DNA of 64,000 nt, taken from NCBI GenBank assembly GCA_046483985.1, contig JAWOCD010000090.1, positions 32,001 through 96,000 on the forward strand, in the 5' to 3' direction. Below are positions 1-11,327 of the stretch, piece by piece. The position numbers and the translations under genes are program-made. Numbering within the stretch: the first letter of the stretch is position 1; each line of letters begins with the position of its first letter. The notes under the pieces were generated by a model. That model did no database searches. It was not told the DNA's origin and worked only from the letters and a program-made list of their open reading frames with translations. This DNA is from Promethearchaeia archaeon. Its GTDB lineage: Archaea; Asgardarchaeota; Lokiarchaeia; Sigyniarchaeales; SOKP01.

Positions 1-1057
<1,057 letters not shown>

Positions 1058-1165
1058 TTAAATTTTTTTGAAATTTTTATATTTTTTTAGGATTTACTAA
1101 ACCTATAAAAAATACAGTAAAAATAAAGATCCTTTACATAAAAATTTTAAAAAAAGTAAATAAAA

Positions 1166-1538
1166 TTGATTTTCGGAGCCGCGGCACTGCACTATTATCT
1201 CTTTGACACCTTGATCCTTGCCTTTGTCGTTGGCGCGCTTATCCTCATCGGATTTACGCTCTGCTATCACGACCTTTTTTATCGGTTGGACCATTTCTTG
1301 ACCTTTGCATCCCGAGGGATAGATCACGTTGACCCTTTCCAGCAGATTCTCTTTTGGCAAGATTAGAAACGCTTGGACACGCTGTATTATCTGAACCCGG
1401 CCGGATGTAGCCGATAAGGTGCTCAGCGGGGCATTCAAGACCAATTTTCACCACTATCAGATTAACCGTCTTGAACACAACGAACTGGTGGGGGCGTTCA
1501 GCACGTTTGTCACGGCGCGGCAATTCGGGGATTCGTGA
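1166..1538 (+). pseudogene. GC-richer decayed gene fragment of unknown family
   Basis: Abrupt rise in GC. A hydrophobic frame (LHYYLFDTLILAFVVGALILIGFTL) is broken by TAG at 1364-1366 and appears to continue in another frame (DKVLSGAFKTNFHHYQINRL...FGDS*). Confidence 0.3.
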
Positions 1539-1637
1539 ACCTCGGCACACTGGACAGTTCGCACAATATATTAAAATTTTAGTGTTGGCATACGGTTCTA
1601 CGGTTCTATTTTTTCCTTTATAGATTCAATCTTATCA

Positions 1638-2606
1638 TTACTCTCTCTCATCAAAATCGCAGAATATGTAATTTTTAGGCGGTTTTATCGGATCGCCAGT
1701 TATAGAATCTGTCGAATAACTCGCTTCTAATTGATGTGCCGAAGAATAGTTGATCATTTCGTCAATATAATACAAAGATCTCATTTCGATTTTTCCGTCA
1801 GATCTTTTGGTTTTTAGTGTAAGAACAAAACCTTCGGCGTTGTTTATTGCATTGTTCAATAAATAATTGAATTTTATATACTCAGAATCTGGATTAAAAT
1901 CGCCTCGAGAGGAAGATTCAAAGGAATAACTCTTTCTGATATCGGGATTTTTTATATCTTTTAAATGAAACGACCATTTTTCAATTATGGAGTTATCGTA
2001 TTCAATTATAATAAGTATTTCGCTATTTTCATTGTAATTGGTTATTATTTTGATAATTTCGTTTCTTACATTCGACCGATCAATTTCGTGTAAATTTCCG
2101 CTAAATGAATGGCTTGTATACGCATCGCAGATGTTTACTTCCTTTATCTCATTAAATAATTTCCAATTATCAGCATCGAGTAGGTCGTAAATAGCATCCA
2201 TTTCTTCGTCAAAGTCTTCATCTCCGTATTTTTTTTGTAATAATGATATATAATACTTGGTATAAACCCAAGTAAAAAAGATCGGATAATCATCTTCAAT
2301 AATGTTAAGAATTGAATCGTGATGAAGTCCGTAACCACTTTGATGTGTCGGGCTATCATTTCCAGAATACTCTTCTAAGAAATCACCTATTGTATTGTAG
2401 AGACTTAAAAGAAAATGATCGGAAATTTTAACGAGACTACCAGAGTGGTCGTAAGGTGGATCGTGGTCGTGGGTTATAACATATTTTGGATTTTTTTCAA
2501 GCACTTCGCAAATTTTTTCCAAAATTTCCATTTTAAATTGATTATGAATGTCTTCCGTTATTTTATTTTCATCGATAAATTGTTGCAAATCTATGTCAGT
2601 GTCCAT
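1638..2606 (-). CDS. Hypothetical acidic protein
   Basis: 322-aa ORF, no recognisable motif. Confidence 0.7.
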   Translation of the reverse strand: MDTDIDLQQFIDENKITEDIHNQFKMEILEKICEVLEKNPKYVITHDHDPPYDHSGSLVKISDHFLLSLYNTIGDFLEEYSGNDSPTHQSGYGLHHDSILNIIEDDYPIFFTWVYTKYYISLLQKKYGDEDFDEEMDAIYDLLDADNWKLFNEIKEVNICDAYTSHSFSGNLHEIDRSNVRNEIIKIITNYNENSEILIIIEYDNSIIEKWSFHLKDIKNPDIRKSYSFESSSRGDFNPDSEYIKFNYLLNNAINNAEGFVLTLKTKRSDGKIEMRSLYYIDEMINYSSAHQLEASYSTDSITGDPIKPPKNYIFCDFDERE

Positions 2607-3006
2607 TTTTGTGACTCAAAAAATAATATTTTATTCGAAATCTTTCCTTAAATCTGTTGTTCTATACAAATTATGTCCCACTTCAATTGGTATAATCGAA
2701 CTCAGAATTATTTTTTCCTTAAATAAAATGCCGTTTTCTTTACCATTTTGGTAATTTTCTTATAAACTCTATAATTTCTTCTTTAAACTTAAAAGTCATA
2801 TCTTCTCATTATCTATATAATTTTTCTACCTTTTATAATTTCTTACCTAATCTTCAAGATGATCGAGGATAGGGGGATAATCAATTTCTGGAACGGATTC
2901 CACGACGATTCTTACTTATAATTCTGAGGAATTCTTTAAGATTTAGAATAGATCATTATCATTATAATTGCTATAGAATTGATTATTTTCTGCTGGGTAA
3001 TACCTC

Positions 3007-3029
3007 TTTAACGATCTGCGAAAGAAGTC
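3007..3029 (+). repeat. Dispersed 23-bp repeat (family A), truncated IS200/IS605-type end
   Basis: tttaacgatctgcgaaagaagtc; exact reverse complement at 51639-51661 and a 21/23 copy at 15975-15997. Confidence 0.7.
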
Positions 3030-3174
3030 TTCAATATCTTCTTTAGCTCATTTTTATTTCCTTTGAAGATTTGATTTTATTGCAGTTATTTTTGTTAAAA
3101 GTGAATGGCCATTCATTAGATTAATAAACGATTTTCCATTTTTCTATTATAAAAATATTAGCTCTCTCAAAATA

Positions 3175-3969
3175 ATGAGTGTAAAAAAGAATATTTCAGA
3201 GAAGTTGAATCGACTCTATAATTACCTAATTGATCCAAAAGTGACAAGGCGTAATATAATTTTTATATCAATATTTTTCCCAATAATGCTAATAATTGGT
3301 TATGTCGTAGCACTCTCCTTTGGAGGATCTGAAATACCTCCTGGAGCTTATAACATAATAGATAATTATATAAGCGACATGGGTTCTCATCGATATACCC
3401 CGATTCCCAAATTTCTTGATGATAGTGTCATGATAACAGCCATCTTATTAGTTCCACCATCCTTCTATATTAAGCATATCATTGATTTGAAATCAGAACA
3501 ATTAGAATCTTTAAACGTGCCAAAAAGTTATTCCACCATTGTATTAATAATGATGCTTATCGGATTGTTTGGTATTTTTAGTTCAGGTTTTATATCTGAA
3601 GATGTGGCAATTAGTTTATATCCGGTAACTACAAGTGCATTCGATTTACATGATATCCTTTCCACTGTCCAGTTTATTGGGCTTGCTAGTGCTGGTTTTT
3701 TTATTGGGATTATCTTAGTGCGTTATCCATCAGGGATTCTTGAATTAGGTGCTTACGAAAATAAGTCAAAAATAATCCCAATTTTACTGGGAATAATCAT
3801 GATTTTTCTCACACCAATACTTACTATCTTTTATTTGATAGAATTGCCCCCATCAGCCCCATTCTGGGAATGGATGTTGTTTTTCTCCCTTTTTGGATGG
3901 ATTTTAGCCATTGGAATAATAGTTCTCCATCAAATTAAAAAAGAAGAGCTAAAACAAGAGAAGAAGTAG
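3175..3969 (+). CDS. Multi-pass membrane protein, DUF998-like
   Basis: About 6 hydrophobic segments; YNIIDNYISDMG motif after TM1; conserved H and WEW near the later helices. Confidence 0.7.
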   Translation: MSVKKNISEKLNRLYNYLIDPKVTRRNIIFISIFFPIMLIIGYVVALSFGGSEIPPGAYNIIDNYISDMGSHRYTPIPKFLDDSVMITAILLVPPSFYIKHIIDLKSEQLESLNVPKSYSTIVLIMMLIGLFGIFSSGFISEDVAISLYPVTTSAFDLHDILSTVQFIGLASAGFFIGIILVRYPSGILELGAYENKSKIIPILLGIIMIFLTPILTIFYLIELPPSAPFWEWMLFFSLFGWILAIGIIVLHQIKKEELKQEKK

Positions 3970-4073
3970 TAAATCCAGATAGGCTTCTTATTATTATTGC
4001 GAAAATTTTTTATCTTACGTTTTCTTCTCTCATTTTTTTTTTTTTCATCTATAAAATTCAACAGAATTTGAAG

Positions 4074-4430
4074 TTAAGTATAGTAGGGGCTGAAATAAGT
4101 CAAGAAGAATTCAAGCCTTACATGCCAAAGGAAGATAGCGATGATCTGCTCCTTATGGCGCTGGTCCATGAAGACACACGACTTGTCCGTGAGGGTTCCC
4201 TCGAAATTTCCCACCAGATACTCGCTGTCTTTGACAAAATTCTTGACATCTTCGGAAACGCGCACGTCACGCCCCTTCAGTTCCATGATGTCGCCGAAAA
4301 ACGTGATGCGGCATATTTTCGAGGCGAGGGTGTTGAGCGTATGCGATTTGGGGAGAGGGCTGATGCGGCCGGGATTTTTCGCCGAGACCCCGTGTAGAAA
4401 CCGGTAATACCAGATAAGGACGCAGAATTT
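4074..4430 (-). pseudogene. N-terminal fragment of a CapA/PGA_cap-type metallophosphoesterase
   Basis: Minus frame reads RITFFGDIM...KDSEYLVGNFEGTLTD (GDIM and GNxE motifs), then ends early; GC-richer than its flanks. Confidence 0.55.
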
Positions 4431-4707
4431 TTATTCATTATCTTTTCCTCTCTTCCTTTAAATTTATTCAACATTTTTCTAATTATGAATCAATAATTTT
4501 TGGAAATTATCACAGAATCCTTGATTTCCTTTGAATACTTGTTCACGCGGATTCAAGGTTAAACTGAAAACGATAACTCCAAACTTTATTTTTCATTTTT
4601 AAAAGAGACATTCCAAATAACTAATGATTTTTATATTAGTATTTTCTTTTAAGACCTAGATATTTTCTTATTAATTACTTACTTAATCTGTCTCAGAATG
4701 TGAAATT

Positions 4708-5673
4708 ATGCCACTATTGAAAAAATCAACATTGATGGTTGATTTATCGCACAATGAAATGTTGGATTTTGAAGATGGCGAATTTTCAGAGTTCTATACA
4801 TTAATAAAAGGGTTAAACCTTCACATAAAAAAAAATGAATCATCCCCTCTTACAAGCGAGATTTTGAGCAAGGTCGATATTTTACTTATTGCAAATCCAA
4901 TAAATGAATATTTCTCGAAAAAAGAAGTAAAAACGATCATCGATTTTGTTAGAACAGGCGGCCGTTTATTCATTACCAGTGAATATGGTTCTGATTTTCT
5001 CCAAAAAACCAATCTCAATGATATCACTAAAAAGCATTTCGGAATCTATTTTGAGAAAAATCTTTTGAAAGAAAATAATAATGAAAATGAAAATTGTTCC
5101 AGTATTTTGAACATCCGTCAATTTGAAGAAAATGAGGTCACTAAGAACCTTAGGCAAATCCGATTTGGCGGAGTCTGCTCTCTGCTTTTGGACAAAAACG
5201 CAAAACCATTGATATATGCAAACGGTTCGACCTGGGCTGAATTCTATCGGGAAAGCATGGAAAAATGGGAAAAGGAAGAAGATAATTCGGAACCTTACGT
5301 AATTGCGGCTTATACGGAATACGGAAAGGGAAAAGTTATCACCTTGGGAGATATTGATATTTTAAGCGACATACCCAATATTGGCATCACCACCTTAGAT
5401 AATAAGACGCTTATTCAAAACATTTTTGCTTGGTTAATGGAACCAAACGATGATAAAGATGCAATTTTCTGGACCTTAAATCAGATGGGTGATATCCAAA
5501 ACCAGATGAAATTAATGAATCAAAAAATTCTAAATCTTATTGAATCCATTTCGTTTCTGGAAGATAGAGTGAGCCATTTAGAACAAAAATATGCTCTTTT
5601 AGCCGATAAGGTCTCTCGGCAAGAAAATAAAAAAGAAACAAAGCAAAACAAAAATTTTACCCTCGTAAAATAA
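4708..5673 (+). CDS. GldG/IFT52 (GIFT, GATase1-like) domain protein with C-terminal coiled coil
   Basis: DLSHNE...DILLIANP..FSKKEVKTIIDFVRTGGRLFI...GKGKVITLGDIDI; heptad-like C-terminus. Confidence 0.65.
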   Translation: MPLLKKSTLMVDLSHNEMLDFEDGEFSEFYTLIKGLNLHIKKNESSPLTSEILSKVDILLIANPINEYFSKKEVKTIIDFVRTGGRLFITSEYGSDFLQKTNLNDITKKHFGIYFEKNLLKENNNENENCSSILNIRQFEENEVTKNLRQIRFGGVCSLLLDKNAKPLIYANGSTWAEFYRESMEKWEKEEDNSEPYVIAAYTEYGKGKVITLGDIDILSDIPNIGITTLDNKTLIQNIFAWLMEPNDDKDAIFWTLNQMGDIQNQMKLMNQKILNLIESISFLEDRVSHLEQKYALLADKVSRQENKKETKQNKNFTLVK

Positions 5674-5745
5674 GATAGAAATCTATTGAATTAGTCATTC
5701 AGTGTCCAAAATTAAATAAAAGATAAATTTTGAATATAAATTAGG

Positions 5746-6975
5746 TTATATGAGGGGTTCTTGGTCTTCCTCTAGTTTTACTTCAACTAAGTTATAATCT
5801 CGTGAGCCTAATCCGATCTTTTCGGCAGCTTCTAATTGAAACTCCCATCTATTTGTAGATTTCCCATCTCGATTCAGGTCAATTTCTTTAGTTTCTGGAT
5901 CAACGCGGGGGATATAAGAAAACCAGTCATTTTTTTCGGTCTTAGATAGACCTTCAATTTCACCCAATATGGAATGCGGATTCATATAAGAGAGATGAGT
6001 TAAATCAATACATGCTTGATCCAGAGCAACTGGGTCTTTGGAAGTTAATACTCCGATATCCGATACAAAGGGAATATCGGAACCGCCCGAGCAATCGCAT
6101 TGATAGGTGATATCTATTGCGTAGTTTATATAAAAGATATTCTCGTTACCGAAGTATTCAACAACCCCCATAGCATTATCGACCATTTGCTCTATGAATT
6201 CTTTATAGGGAGATGTGTTAATCTTTATGGCATCATTATCACACACTGAAGCGCACATGTAGCAATACCCGCATTCTTTCTCATCTCTATGTATCTCTCC
6301 TGATTTATCCCTCTCAATTGCGCCAGTGGGACAAATCTCGATACATTTATTGCAATTGGGAACGCATTTTTTGAAATCAAAAATAAATTCTTTACCATTA
6401 TGAGCTTGGACTTTTCCGCCCTTTGAAACACAGCCGATACCCAAGTTTTTTATTGCTCCTCCGAAGCCCGCATTGGAATGCCCTTTAAAGTGAGATGCTA
6501 AGATCATCCCTTGAAATTCTCTTAACCTTCCTGCAACCAAGACCTCATCAAAATGCTTCCCGTCCACTGGTTGTATTTCGTAATCTATCCCATCTACTCC
6601 ATCTAACATAAATATATCCGCTTCCATAGTTTTTTTGGTAAACCCATGTTTTAATGCAACCTTTAGATATTCCTCTTCATTTGCCCTTCCTCCGTATTCA
6701 CCTTTGGCGCCGGGAACCCCCCAGCCGCATGATTCTGTAACTGCGGGGGTAGATTTTAACTCTTTTACGTAATCGCTTAAAAATCTTATATAACTTGGTC
6801 GTAAATAGCGGGTGTTCTCTTCCGCTCCGAAATGGGTCTTGATTACAACCTTGTCCGAGGGCCCTATTGCTTCTTCAATTCCAATCCTTTTCAAACCATA
6901 AAGCGCCTTAAATTTAGACATACTCTGGTTATGGGTGTATGTTCTTGATGGAAAATAATATACTTTTGGTTTCAT
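5746..6975 (-). CDS. DUF362 family Fe-S protein with inserted 2x[4Fe-4S] ferredoxin
   Basis: VIKTHFG, SHFKGH, GFGGAIKNLGIGC, two ferredoxin Cys motifs, CDC, DPVALDQAC. Confidence 0.9.
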   Translation of the reverse strand: MKPKVYYFPSRTYTHNQSMSKFKALYGLKRIGIEEAIGPSDKVVIKTHFGAEENTRYLRPSYIRFLSDYVKELKSTPAVTESCGWGVPGAKGEYGGRANEEEYLKVALKHGFTKKTMEADIFMLDGVDGIDYEIQPVDGKHFDEVLVAGRLREFQGMILASHFKGHSNAGFGGAIKNLGIGCVSKGGKVQAHNGKEFIFDFKKCVPNCNKCIEICPTGAIERDKSGEIHRDEKECGYCYMCASVCDNDAIKINTSPYKEFIEQMVDNAMGVVEYFGNENIFYINYAIDITYQCDCSGGSDIPFVSDIGVLTSKDPVALDQACIDLTHLSYMNPHSILGEIEGLSKTEKNDWFSYIPRVDPETKEIDLNRDGKSTNRWEFQLEAAEKIGLGSRDYNLVEVKLEEDQEPLI

Positions 6976-7162
6976 AGACTTGTATCTCGCATTTTATTTA
7001 ATCTTTTTTATAATTTAATCTTAAATAATTATGACAATTATTTAGAGATTATTTTTATAGAATCTAAATTTTTTTCTTAAATGGTAAATTGAACCGATTA
7101 TTCTTAAAATTTAAATAAAGTACACTACTCTTTATATTAAAGAAGTAATCATATGAAAAAAC

Positions 7163-7399
7163 GTGGTGAGTAAACTGGCGAGATGTCCAGAATGTGCGGG
7201 TAAAATGAAATATGAATCTAGTATCAAGCAGATGGTTTGTCAAAGTTGTGGTTTGAGTCTTTCCCGATATGAACTTGAACAATATTGGAAAAAAATTAAA
7301 AACCAAAACTTTGAAGACGAAAGCGAAAAAAAGAAAAAACGAAGAAAGGACTGGCTTGATTGGTATTCAAAAAGTAAGGAAGATAAGAAAAATATTTAA
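7163..7399 (+). CDS. Small zinc-ribbon protein
   Basis: CPECAG...CQSCG followed by a basic/Trp-rich tail. Confidence 0.75.
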   Translation: MVSKLARCPECAGKMKYESSIKQMVCQSCGLSLSRYELEQYWKKIKNQNFEDESEKKKKRRKDWLDWYSKSKEDKKNI

Positions 7400-7417
7400 T
7401 CTCTTTAAAATTTGTTA

Positions 7418-8605
7418 TTAGAATTTTCTTTCAAAAAGTTCTTGAAGATATTCCATTAATTTTTTGGCAGGGATATCCAATAATGTGATTTTTAGATGCC
7501 GTCCGCGTTTGTTTTCATCGATTCTTACTGTTTTTGTGGCAATAACTTTTAATTCTCTCAGTTGTCTCATATATTTTCTAAAACTCATTTTCACATGGGC
7601 TCTTTTCCCATAAGATTCACATATTGCCTGGTAATTTTCATAGGCATCGTCAACTAAGGTATATGGTTCTTCTTGATTAATAAATGACCGCGCAATGCCA
7701 GCTAAGGCAAAAAGTTCGTGATCCTTCAGTTGATCGATAATATCTCCCCGAAAGGTGGGATAAACTTCATTTGATGCTTCACGGACAATGTCTGCGTTTA
7801 TCCAGTTTAATCCCTCTTTATCCGCATACAACCCGCTTTTACGGAGGATCTCGATCCCATGCCGCATGTTCTTATGCTCGACAACGATCTGAGAGACCAT
7901 TTCGAGAATCTCTTCTGAAAACACGTCTTCTTTAAAGGCAACATCACTTCGATATTTTAAAATTTTAAAGGCTTGTTCAAAATTATATGGCTCTAATTTA
8001 ATCTTTTCATTAATGCGACTGAGAATTTTTTCATTCTCTATACGCATCCAATCTTGTCCTCTTGAGATGAGAATTATGGAGATTTTTGCATTTTGATGCC
8101 CGAAAGTTTCTGCGATATTTAATATAGCCAAAACATCATCTGGCTTTAACATATGAACTTCATCGATAATCAGCATCATATATCCGTTCTCACGATTGAG
8201 TTTTGCAAGAATTTGTTTTAAAGCCTCATCATCGGAAAATCCCCTCCCAGATCCATAATTGTGCTTGGCAAGTAATTCTCTAATGATTTTGCTCTTACTT
8301 CTAAAATTAATACAGTCAAAATATTCCACAAAGAAGTTTGGGTTATGTTCTATGGCAATATTTCTGAAATTCCTCCCAAAATACCTAACTGTAACGGTTT
8401 TTCCAGTACCTCCTCGTCCGAGGACCAATAAATTTATCGCTGGCTGTTCCTCTTCTTCCAAAATTCTTTTAAAATTAAATATCAATGTATTTAATTCTTC
8501 ATCGCGACAAAGTAATTTTTCTGGAACATAACTTAAATCTAATGAACTGGCTTTTCGAAAAACGGATTTGGTGTTAAAACGGGCTTTAAATTCGTCTTCA
8601 TCCAT
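7418..8605 (-). CDS. cdc6: Orc1/Cdc6 family replication initiator
   Basis: YVPEKLLCRDEE, Walker A GRGGTGKT, Walker B IIDEVH, C-terminal winged helix with RGR. Confidence 0.92.
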   Translation of the reverse strand: MDEDEFKARFNTKSVFRKASSLDLSYVPEKLLCRDEELNTLIFNFKRILEEEEQPAINLLVLGRGGTGKTVTVRYFGRNFRNIAIEHNPNFFVEYFDCINFRSKSKIIRELLAKHNYGSGRGFSDDEALKQILAKLNRENGYMMLIIDEVHMLKPDDVLAILNIAETFGHQNAKISIILISRGQDWMRIENEKILSRINEKIKLEPYNFEQAFKILKYRSDVAFKEDVFSEEILEMVSQIVVEHKNMRHGIEILRKSGLYADKEGLNWINADIVREASNEVYPTFRGDIIDQLKDHELFALAGIARSFINQEEPYTLVDDAYENYQAICESYGKRAHVKMSFRKYMRQLRELKVIATKTVRIDENKRGRHLKITLLDIPAKKLMEYLQELFERKF

Positions 8606-8720
8606 ATTTATTCTAAAGCTCTATATTGTAATTTTAAATAAATTAACCTCTATTAAAGATAATATGTTCTGAGTTAAATTTCTTTATATTCATCCTTATC
8701 TTGTGAAAAAATAATCTTGA

Positions 8721-9863
8721 TTAGATCTGGTAATTTCTAATTGCTTCAACCATGGCAAGGATGTTATCTGGTGGCTGGTCTAAAAGGAAATTGGTAGCAC
8801 CTGGAATATAACCGTGCGGTCCGAGAGCATCAAGGGATTCTGCGATGGATTCCTTGACTTCTTCTGGCGTCGCGTATTTCAGTAGGTTACTGTCGTCAAT
8901 CGTCCCAACCAGCGCGATATCTTCTCCATATTTACGTTTTAATGCTGGAAGATCATTATTAAAAGGCTTAAGTGATTCTATTCCGTCAATTCCAATTTCC
9001 ACAAATTCTCCGAATAATTCACCAACATTTCCACAAGAATGCAATAAGAATTTTGCCCCCGCTTCATGAGCGATTTGTACATGCTTTACCAATGTGGGTT
9101 TGACTAATTCACGCCACATTTCCATGCTCATTTGCAATCCCGAGTTATATCCATAATCATCCCCCACCATTATCACTTTCGGTTTGGCATATTTTACTAG
9201 TTTTTTCATTCCGTCAAGGGCAAAATTACTGTAAAAGTCTACAATCTCATGAAGAAACTCGCGGTCTTTTCGCCAAAACTTAGCAATGTTAGCATAACCA
9301 ATCCCGAAATGTAAATTCTCCCATGGCCCTGTGAGTCCCACTGAGACAACGAGGTTATATTTTTCTTCACAGACTTCAATGATTTTTCCATACCGTTTAA
9401 ATTCTTTTTTAGAATAGTGTATGTCCTTTTCCATGTACTCTTGAATCTGTTCTTTAGTGGTAAGTCCTGGCTTTAAATACCACCAATGGGGAATGGGCAT
9501 TTTTTCCTCCTCATTTGGAGGTGTATATGAGGAGAGCCGGTTGGCAACTTTAAATCTCCCTCCATGCATCTGACCCGGTTCGTTATAATCATCCAACCAA
9601 GTCATTTGTCCAAGACTGGTAATCCATGTAAGATCAATTCCCAGTTTCACGGAGAGGGGAATATTCACTGGGCATAACCAAGGGAGGTCGTCTTTTTTAT
9701 ATTGAGTAAACTCTTCGTAGGTAAAGCCGATTTCTGCATAAAATCGCTCCATAAAATCCCAATCTCCCCCAAGACAAAATGTAGGCACTTGTTCTGGGAT
9801 CTTGCATTCTAGTGCATCCTGGACAATATCCCATGCATCATAGTCTTTTGTTATATTGCACAT
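8721..9863 (-). CDS. Uroporphyrinogen decarboxylase / MtaA-CmuA methyltransferase family protein
   Basis: GDDYG, LHSCG, GIDGIESL, GTID motifs. Start moved to ATG 9863 (MCNITK), which overlaps the upstream gene by 13 nt instead of 94. Confidence 0.8.
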   Translation of the reverse strand: MCNITKDYDAWDIVQDALECKIPEQVPTFCLGGDWDFMERFYAEIGFTYEEFTQYKKDDLPWLCPVNIPLSVKLGIDLTWITSLGQMTWLDDYNEPGQMHGGRFKVANRLSSYTPPNEEEKMPIPHWWYLKPGLTTKEQIQEYMEKDIHYSKKEFKRYGKIIEVCEEKYNLVVSVGLTGPWENLHFGIGYANIAKFWRKDREFLHEIVDFYSNFALDGMKKLVKYAKPKVIMVGDDYGYNSGLQMSMEMWRELVKPTLVKHVQIAHEAGAKFLLHSCGNVGELFGEFVEIGIDGIESLKPFNNDLPALKRKYGEDIALVGTIDDSNLLKYATPEEVKESIAESLDALGPHGYIPGATNFLLDQPPDNILAMVEAIRNYQI

Positions 9864-10237
9864 TTCAGCAACACTCTCCCGAATTTTAGTAAGGACCATA
9901 ATCCCTTTAATTTTATCACCCTCTTTCTCGTGATGATATTCCATAAGGCACGAAGAATGGGATGTTTTGCATTGATTAAGTTAATTACATATTTTAAATC
10001 TCCAATAATTGCGCCATCATAGTCTAAATTCTCGTATTCAGTCACTGAAACGATTTCAAAGTCCCCTTTCAGTCCATCAAGAATTATTAAAGCGCCGGGC
10101 TCATAGTCATTAAAAAACATTAAAATCTTCAAGGAATCTATGTTTACCTCCTCTAAAATTCGCTCAAAAAAACCCATGGCTTTTGTTTGCCAGAGAACGG
10201 AATAGATTAAGGCGGGAATATTTTCGAGATCTTCCAT
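9851..10237 (-). CDS. SCP2-like (sterol carrier fold) small protein
   Basis: 128 aa; pattern YDGAIIGD...ALWNIITRKRVIKLKG resembles an SCP2 C-terminus. Confidence 0.5.
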   Translation of the reverse strand: MEDLENIPALIYSVLWQTKAMGFFERILEEVNIDSLKILMFFNDYEPGALIILDGLKGDFEIVSVTEYENLDYDGAIIGDLKYVINLINAKHPILRALWNIITRKRVIKLKGLWSLLKFGRVLLKCAI

Positions 10238-10242
10238 AATTA

Positions 10243-10256
10243 CACTAATATTAGTG
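10243..10256. promoter_or_regulatory. Perfect 14-bp palindrome, candidate operator
   Basis: cactaatattagtg, 5 nt upstream of the 10237 start codon. Confidence 0.35.
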
Positions 10257-10309
10257 CTTTGAATATAAAAAATTACCCATGAAATTGAATTTTTAAAAAG
10301 ATGAGATAA

Positions 10310-11245
10310 TTAATTTTCTGAGATTTTGAAAGAATTGAGGGGATGCAATTCCGTGTACGAGGCCTTTAATTGCGTAATATCATTCTTAGCATAAATTCTG
10401 GTGGTTGTAGGACTTGAATGTCCTAATATATCTTGAAGTTCGCTAATATCCATACCGGACCTTCGTAAATGCGTTGCCCCTGTATGCCGGAAAATATGCG
10501 GAGTAATGATTTTTGATTCTGAAAACCCGCATTTTTTCTTTATCGTTTTTATATCTTTCTGCACCACACGAGGGGTGAGTTGTTCATTCTGGGTATTGAC
10601 AATGAGATAATCCTCATCTTTGACAAACAGTCTATCTTCGAGATAATCCTTGATAACTTTAAGGGTGATTGTATCAACGGGGACAATTCGTTCTTTATTT
10701 CCCTTTCCGCGCAATCTTAGAGTGCCCTCCTCAAAGTTGACATCCTTGACCTTCAAGTTACATAATTCGCTGACTCGCGCCATGGATGCATACAACAATC
10801 TAACTATAACATAGTATCGTTTACGTTTTTTTGAGGAAAAATTAGTTTTATCTTGCGTGGTTTCAAAAATCTGTTTTATTTCAGAAATTTCCAGATATTT
10901 GGGGAGTTGTTCCTCTTCCCGAATGGTAGGTGTATGGATTGCTTTCATGGGATTTTTACTCGTTAGAAATTCGTTTACATTTAAAAAGTTGAAAAAGGAA
11001 CGAAGAGTTGCGATCTTTCGAGCAATCCCTTTTTTGGAATAACCCCGATCATTTAATTTTTTTAAAAATAAGCGGATTTTTCTTCGAATAAATGGCGATT
11101 CGAGGTTAATCTCGCCCACGGCCGAAAAAAACATATCTAAATCGTATTGGTAGGCTTGGATTGTAGATTTGGCGCATCCTTCTTCTACCTCCTTTGCGAT
11201 CAAGAAGTCATCCACAAACTCTGAAAACCTATAATCTCCCATCAT
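10310..11245 (-). CDS. xerA: XerA/XerC-like tyrosine recombinase
   Basis: SAM-like N-domain, ARVSEL, GKGNKER, TPHIFRHTGAT, LGHSSPTTTRIY. Confidence 0.88.
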   Translation of the reverse strand: MMGDYRFSEFVDDFLIAKEVEEGCAKSTIQAYQYDLDMFFSAVGEINLESPFIRRKIRLFLKKLNDRGYSKKGIARKIATLRSFFNFLNVNEFLTSKNPMKAIHTPTIREEEQLPKYLEISEIKQIFETTQDKTNFSSKKRKRYYVIVRLLYASMARVSELCNLKVKDVNFEEGTLRLRGKGNKERIVPVDTITLKVIKDYLEDRLFVKDEDYLIVNTQNEQLTPRVVQKDIKTIKKKCGFSESKIITPHIFRHTGATHLRRSGMDISELQDILGHSSPTTTRIYAKNDITQLKASYTELHPLNSFKISEN

Positions 11246-11327
11246 TAAGTATAATGATCGAAACCCTCATAAATAGAAAAAATATGCGGGTAATATGTGG
11301 TAATAGGTAAATAATAGGTGTTAAAAC

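Noticed and set aside
6976-8720. Replication origin beside cdc6
   Set aside because: Flanking intergenic gaps are short and I found no repeated ORB-like boxes.
10310-11245. Integrase of a provirus or island
   Set aside because: Neighbours are housekeeping genes, no att repeats or tRNA; it looks like chromosomal XerA.
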